Notes under the pieces: generated by a model
What the model was told of the DNA's origin: nothing
The model's database searches: none
The model's input: the letters and a program-made list of their open reading frames with translations, nothing else
Part shown: positions 37,865 to 42,156 of the stretch, in pieces
Numbering within the stretch: the first letter of the stretch is position 1
Layout: the number at the start of each line of letters is the position of its first letter
Translations under genes and position numbers: made by a program
From: Phoronis australis
Lineage: Eukaryota > Animalia > Phoronida
Reading direction: 5' to 3'
DNA length: 42,156 nucleotides
Assembly: GCA_002633005.1 (NCBI GenBank)
Contig: NMRA01000690.1
Span: 1-42,156 of the forward strand

Positions 37865-38578
37865 GGTGTGGGAGAAAACTTGACGAAGAATGTGTGTGTG
37901 AAAACTGAGAGAAAACGTTACAATTCCACTTGGAAAGGAAAAGATGGGGTGAGAAGAAGACCTCACGTTGGTCTCAATCTGATTCACATCTTCTAGTTTT
38001 AGTAGTCAGTAGGACCTGATGTGCAGGAGGTTGAAGAAAAGATTTTCTGAATACGTTAACTTGGCAATTCCCCTCTAGCGTTCCATAATTATACTTTCTA
38101 AACGTCAATAGTTGTGCATTTTTGAGTAATTTGCCGATTAATTTGAAAAACAATGACATAAAATTTCAACAATAATGCCTCCTCGTTGTTTACAAAAATA
38201 ATCTCTGGGTTATCAGATAAAAATTTCATTTACTACAAACAGTTTGTAGTGAGTGAAAATTTTACTTGATAACCATGGCCACGAACTATGAACGACTTTT
38301 CCTCATACAATTCCTAGGTTGTTTTAACAGGTACCTTTAAACATTGTTGCCTGCACATAGCAAATAAAACGAGTACGAAACACGTCAACATGATATTTAA
38401 TTAATATTTACGGTTTCTATTCTTTCTGTACCCAAAACTGTTTGTGTGGAACAAAGAAGGCGGACTGTCGTTTCTCTTACTAGTTCCTGCACAGTGATTG
38501 GCTTGACTTGTCAGCTCGATTGACATGTCAGAGCTGCCCTTTCCCGGCGTCTTGCGCGTCGAAACCACCATCAAACAG

Positions 38579-38586
38579 TATATAAA
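38579..38586 (+). promoter_or_regulatory. TATA box of the Cys-rich secreted protein gene
   Basis: TATATAAA starts 73 nt upstream of the ATG at 38652, implying a start site near 38610. Confidence 0.6.
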
Positions 38587-38651
38587 CAGTTTCTCACCAA
38601 CTATACTTTGAGAGCTTGTGAGTCTGCTCGCGATTAATGTAACCGCAAGCG

Positions 38652-38733
38652 ATGAAGATATTATTGCTGTGCTTTTTAGTCGGTGCCGCACCCTTAGCGG
38701 TATGGGGACGCGTTATCAATGTGGTGAAAAGAG
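38652..38733 (+). CDS. Secreted two-domain Cys-rich (PLAC/ShK-like) precursor, exon 1: signal peptide and pro-segment
   Basis: MKILLLCFLVGAAPLAVWG|RVINVVKR, then a consensus donor AG|GTAAGT at 38734, phase 1. Confidence 0.8.
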
Positions 38734-39202
38734 GTAAGTACGGATTAACACTTCCATGTGGGAGAATGGCGTATTAGTATATTGGATGCTACTTCGTATA
38801 ACCACACGGTAAACTGTTCGATATAAAGCGTTCGTGCCAAGACGTTTGTTCTTTCCTCAGTTCATGAATTGTTAGCTGAAACCGCGACTCGAAATTAAGA
38901 TATTGGTCAGAAAATCCAGCATTGTCAGTTCATGAAATTTCTGGTTGTTTGCAAGCGCACCAACGCATTATAATGTCGTTAATGGTTAATGTGAGACCAA
39001 TTTTACAACCGTGAGTGTTCGACATGGACACTTAATTGTCGTTTGGCAGAATTAACGGTTTTCATATTTTTACTAAAAGTTTAGTGAAGTATAGTACTGA
39101 ACACGTTAGTTTGACTACAGGACACAAATGTGATCTATAACGTGCATGATCATCGCGGTGCGTGTCATGTCATATTAATATTATTCGTTTATCCATAAAA
39201 AG

Positions 39203-39355
39203 GTTATTGCTTGAATAAGCAAGTATTTGTGGAGGCTGACGGAACGAAAGTCACCTGTGCACAAATGGCCGCGAAAAAGATGTGCACAAAAGATTATGTC
39301 TTATCAGATTGTTGTTATTCGTGCAGCAACCCTGAGCCACCTAAACCATCCCCAG
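39203..39355 (+). CDS. Exon 2: first 6-Cys PLAC/ShK-like domain and Pro-rich linker
   Basis: Acceptor AAG at 39200-39202 and a 153-nt phase 1-1 exon: GYCLNKQVFVEADGTKVTCAQMAAKKMCTKDYVLSDCCYSCSNPEPPKPSP. Donor CAG|GTGAGT. Cys spacing is C-15-C-8-C-8-CC-2-C. The acceptor tract is only moderate. Confidence 0.8.
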
Positions 39356-40237
39356 GTGAGTAGATCCCGGAGGAAGCCTACCTATCCCCTTTGTCTTTAA
39401 ACAGACGACAGCAATAATCTAATATAGCGGCATACACTCTGTAGACGAACCACTGACGTCGTTGCGTCGTTTCTCACCTTCCTCACGGGTTAACGCGACA
39501 CCTCTCGGCAAGGTGTGGTCCACCGTTTACGAGGCAATGTGGGTATAGACCGATTAAGACGGTAAAAAGACTAATTAAATCGAGTGATATTCTCTTTTAA
39601 ATCCTCCCACCAAAGAGTGTTAAAGAAATTGTCATTCGTAACTCTGGCGGTAGATAGAACCCGTCAGTATCAGAAGCTTGGGTCGTGCTCCTTTTGTTTG
39701 GATCAGGGCAAATACTGCTCAGGGATGATTCCAAGGCAATAAAACTCTGGCTGAAATGAATCAAATTATCGTGGACTAAAACAGGTTATTTTCTATAAAA
39801 TTGGCTTCCGAAATTCCATTTTCCGTGAAAATTTTTGTTATTGTCGTATATTCCCGAAGAAATAACATAACTATAGTATTAGCCAAATTCGATGTCATTG
39901 TCTTTACTGTAATGCTGGATACACAACATGTTAAGAAAATGGATAGCACATTGGCACACATCTAGCAATCCCAACTGGCACATTTGACAGATTTCCATTC
40001 AATCAATCATAGAACGAAGGCTTTTAGTGCGTGAACCGTTTTCCTCCGTGTGAGAAATACACCCTGCGAACTCATGAAAAATGACATTTTCCAAAATTGT
40101 TACATTTTATGACATATAAGTGCCTCCTTGTGCTCTGTTGTGTGGGTCACGTGACCATGTTTACTAAGTAAACATTTTACCAAAAAAGAAAGATACCATC
40201 ATGACAATACGTCATTTTCTTAAACTTTTTCTTTCAG

Positions 40238-40392
40238 ATTGCCTGGACGACCCAAGAGCACGAATTGTTATTCCTTCCGGAATCCCCGTAAACTGCGCAA
40301 ACCTCATGATAGAGGGCAACCCAACGATCTGCGCCTACACAACAATCCGCAATGCGTGCTGTTTTTCTTGTAAATCAAACGGATACGTTTAA
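40238..40392 (+). CDS. Exon 3: second 6-Cys PLAC/ShK-like domain and stop
   Basis: Strong acceptor CTTTTTCTTTCAG. The phase-1 join gives DCLDDPRARIVIPSGIPVNCANLMIEGNPTICAYTTIRNACCFSCKSNGYV*. Cys spacing is C-17-C-11-C-8-CC-2-C. Total CDS 390 nt, 129 aa. Confidence 0.82.
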
Positions 40393-40805
40393 GGTGGAGT
40401 ACGTTGACTTGGAAGCTTAGAAAATCTGCTTAGAAACCAATGCTAGAGAAAAGCATCAAACATTTCGTTTTGTAAATACAACTTCCAGGTTTATCATAAT
40501 TTCAAAGTGTTATTTGATGTAGCATTTTTTGTATTTCTAAAAACGAAATTTCCATTGTCACTGTGAAACTGCTCTGATCATTCTTTCTTGCTTATTTCAG
40601 TTGGACGCCCTCTATGGATCTAAAGCTAAGGAATCATCATTGAAGATTTAAACTAGAAATGATATTCTACGTGTACTCACATGCAGTGTACAGTTCTGCG
40701 ATTCACTTACAATTTGATCTAAAAATGAATATTTACAGCAGAGTGACTGCATTCCATTGCACCTACACAGTCGTTGACCCATGGCACTCACTCACACTCC
40801 GCGAA

Positions 40806-42156
40806 TAGTCGGTGGGCCACATTTTGTGGGGCCTCTAGAAAATGGTTTTTGTGAGTACTTTAGGGGGGCAATTTTATTTTGGTGTTTTTTAATTCATTTA
40901 TTGGAGTGTTTTCAAAATCTAAAAAGTTCCCACATATAAAGTTGCACATTTTTGAGAAATTTGAGTTTGAAGTTACATAATAATCACCAAAGAGCTTAGT
41001 AAACTTATATTTGTAAAAACAACAGTTTTGGTGACTTTTTGTAAAACAAGTAATATGGTCCCATCAGTGCCATTGTATTGAACAATATTACACTCACATT
41101 ACACGTTTTACTATTGAAAATTAATTGTAAACAGTGAAATTTAAAAAACGTGAAGAGACACCTAGTGGCAAAAATGCAAACTAAGTCTGAATGTTACTAG
41201 GAAGTTATTCTGGCATTGTCAGGCAACAAAAATAACACAAAACACTTGACACTGGGCAAAATTTGTGCCTCAATGACTAAAACATTGACTAATGGTGTAA
41301 AATACAGCTTGTTTGCATAATACACCAGAAATACGTTATAGTACAAAAACAATATATAGTCCGATTACCTCTCGTCGTCAGTCTCCAAAGGTCGTCCGCC
41401 ATCTTGTTTCGCGTGCAGCGCTGCCACGCGGGACTTAGCGTTCCAATTTGGAACGCTCGTCTGCACGTTAGGTACTAACCTCTCGGGAGAAACACGCGTG
41501 GAAGAACTGAGACTAAAATTAATGCATTTACCGACTGTTTTTTTGAGNTATAATGGGCTGTGTTAATTAGAGTCAGCAAGTGAATTATTGAACACTAGCC
41601 TCAATTCACTTTCGTATCTCTTAGACGGGCACAAACTACAACAGTGAGTAGCTTCAACAATATTTCTTAAGATTGCCTGTCCAAATAACTTCATGCACAC
41701 CAGCTTTCTGAATAACAGCTTCAAAGTTTTGCTTTAGTTTTGAAAGGCAAATGACATCTCTTTGTGTTAGAAGCTTCGATTCAATGAACTCCAAACAAAA
41801 CTGCAGAAAAACATCTCTGAAAACTGAATTCGTCACTCTTCACAATCGTTGTCTTTCTATTTTTATAGCATTATGATCTGTGGTACTTGGCTTCTAAGAC
41901 ACAAGGTCTTTATCTTTGAATTTCATTTGCATATTCAGGGCTCTGGACTGAGCTGTTGCTTGCGATACAAGTCCAACTGAAAAAAACACGAACTGTTAAC
42001 ACTAATTTAACATTCAACTAGGAGTGAGTTGGCATGCAACTTTTTCAGACGGACTTATCAGGAACTGATCCACCACCAGCCTAACAAATTTACATGCCGT
42101 CTGATCTGTAGCCTAATAATGTTGATCGTCTAATAATTAGATCAGTTGATGCAACT
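40806..42156 (-). mobile_element. Academ-like relic (copy A', inverted, runs off the window)
   Basis: 41549-42156 is a close reverse complement of 7523-8133. From 40806 it reads TAGTCGGTGGGCCAC...GTGAGTACTTTAGGGGGGCAA...AAAAAGTTCCCAC...TTGCACATTTTT, paralleling 6059-6200 and consistent with a long imperfect TIR. A single N at 41548 sits at the junction. Confidence 0.65.

Noticed and set aside
1-42156. Prokaryotic systems (CRISPR array, operon, defence island)
   Set aside because: No repeat-spacer periodicity, no ORF above 120 aa, and spliceosomal introns and animal transposons throughout.

Overview
This is AT-rich, intron-containing animal genomic DNA, most consistent with a marine invertebrate; the species cannot be determined from the sequence. 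It is not a prokaryotic locus, and nearly all listed ORFs are spurious. Reading splice signals reveals two small + strand genes that the ORF track misses or truncates. (1) A 2-exon gene (24469-24652, 25951-25973) encodes a 68-aa prepropeptide: signal peptide, RAKR/KRR site and an acidic Cys-free tail, DPWDGDGDGDQINGGALY. (2) A 3-exon gene (38652-38733, 39203-39355, 40238-40392) encodes a 129-aa secreted precursor: signal, short pro-segment ending in KR, and two 6-Cys PLAC/ShK-like domains, one per exon. The rest is mostly transposon debris: an inverted pair of ISL2EU-like elements, an inverted pair of Academ-like relics, a Sola2-like transposase relic, an RTE LINE fragment, 5-bp-TSD MITEs, tRNA-like SINE heads, a 174-bp hairpin and a possible 6.1-kb TIR-bounded composite. 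There are also two orphan TATA-driven first exons, several decayed ORFs and a 95-N gap. Family names come from motif recognition, not database searches.
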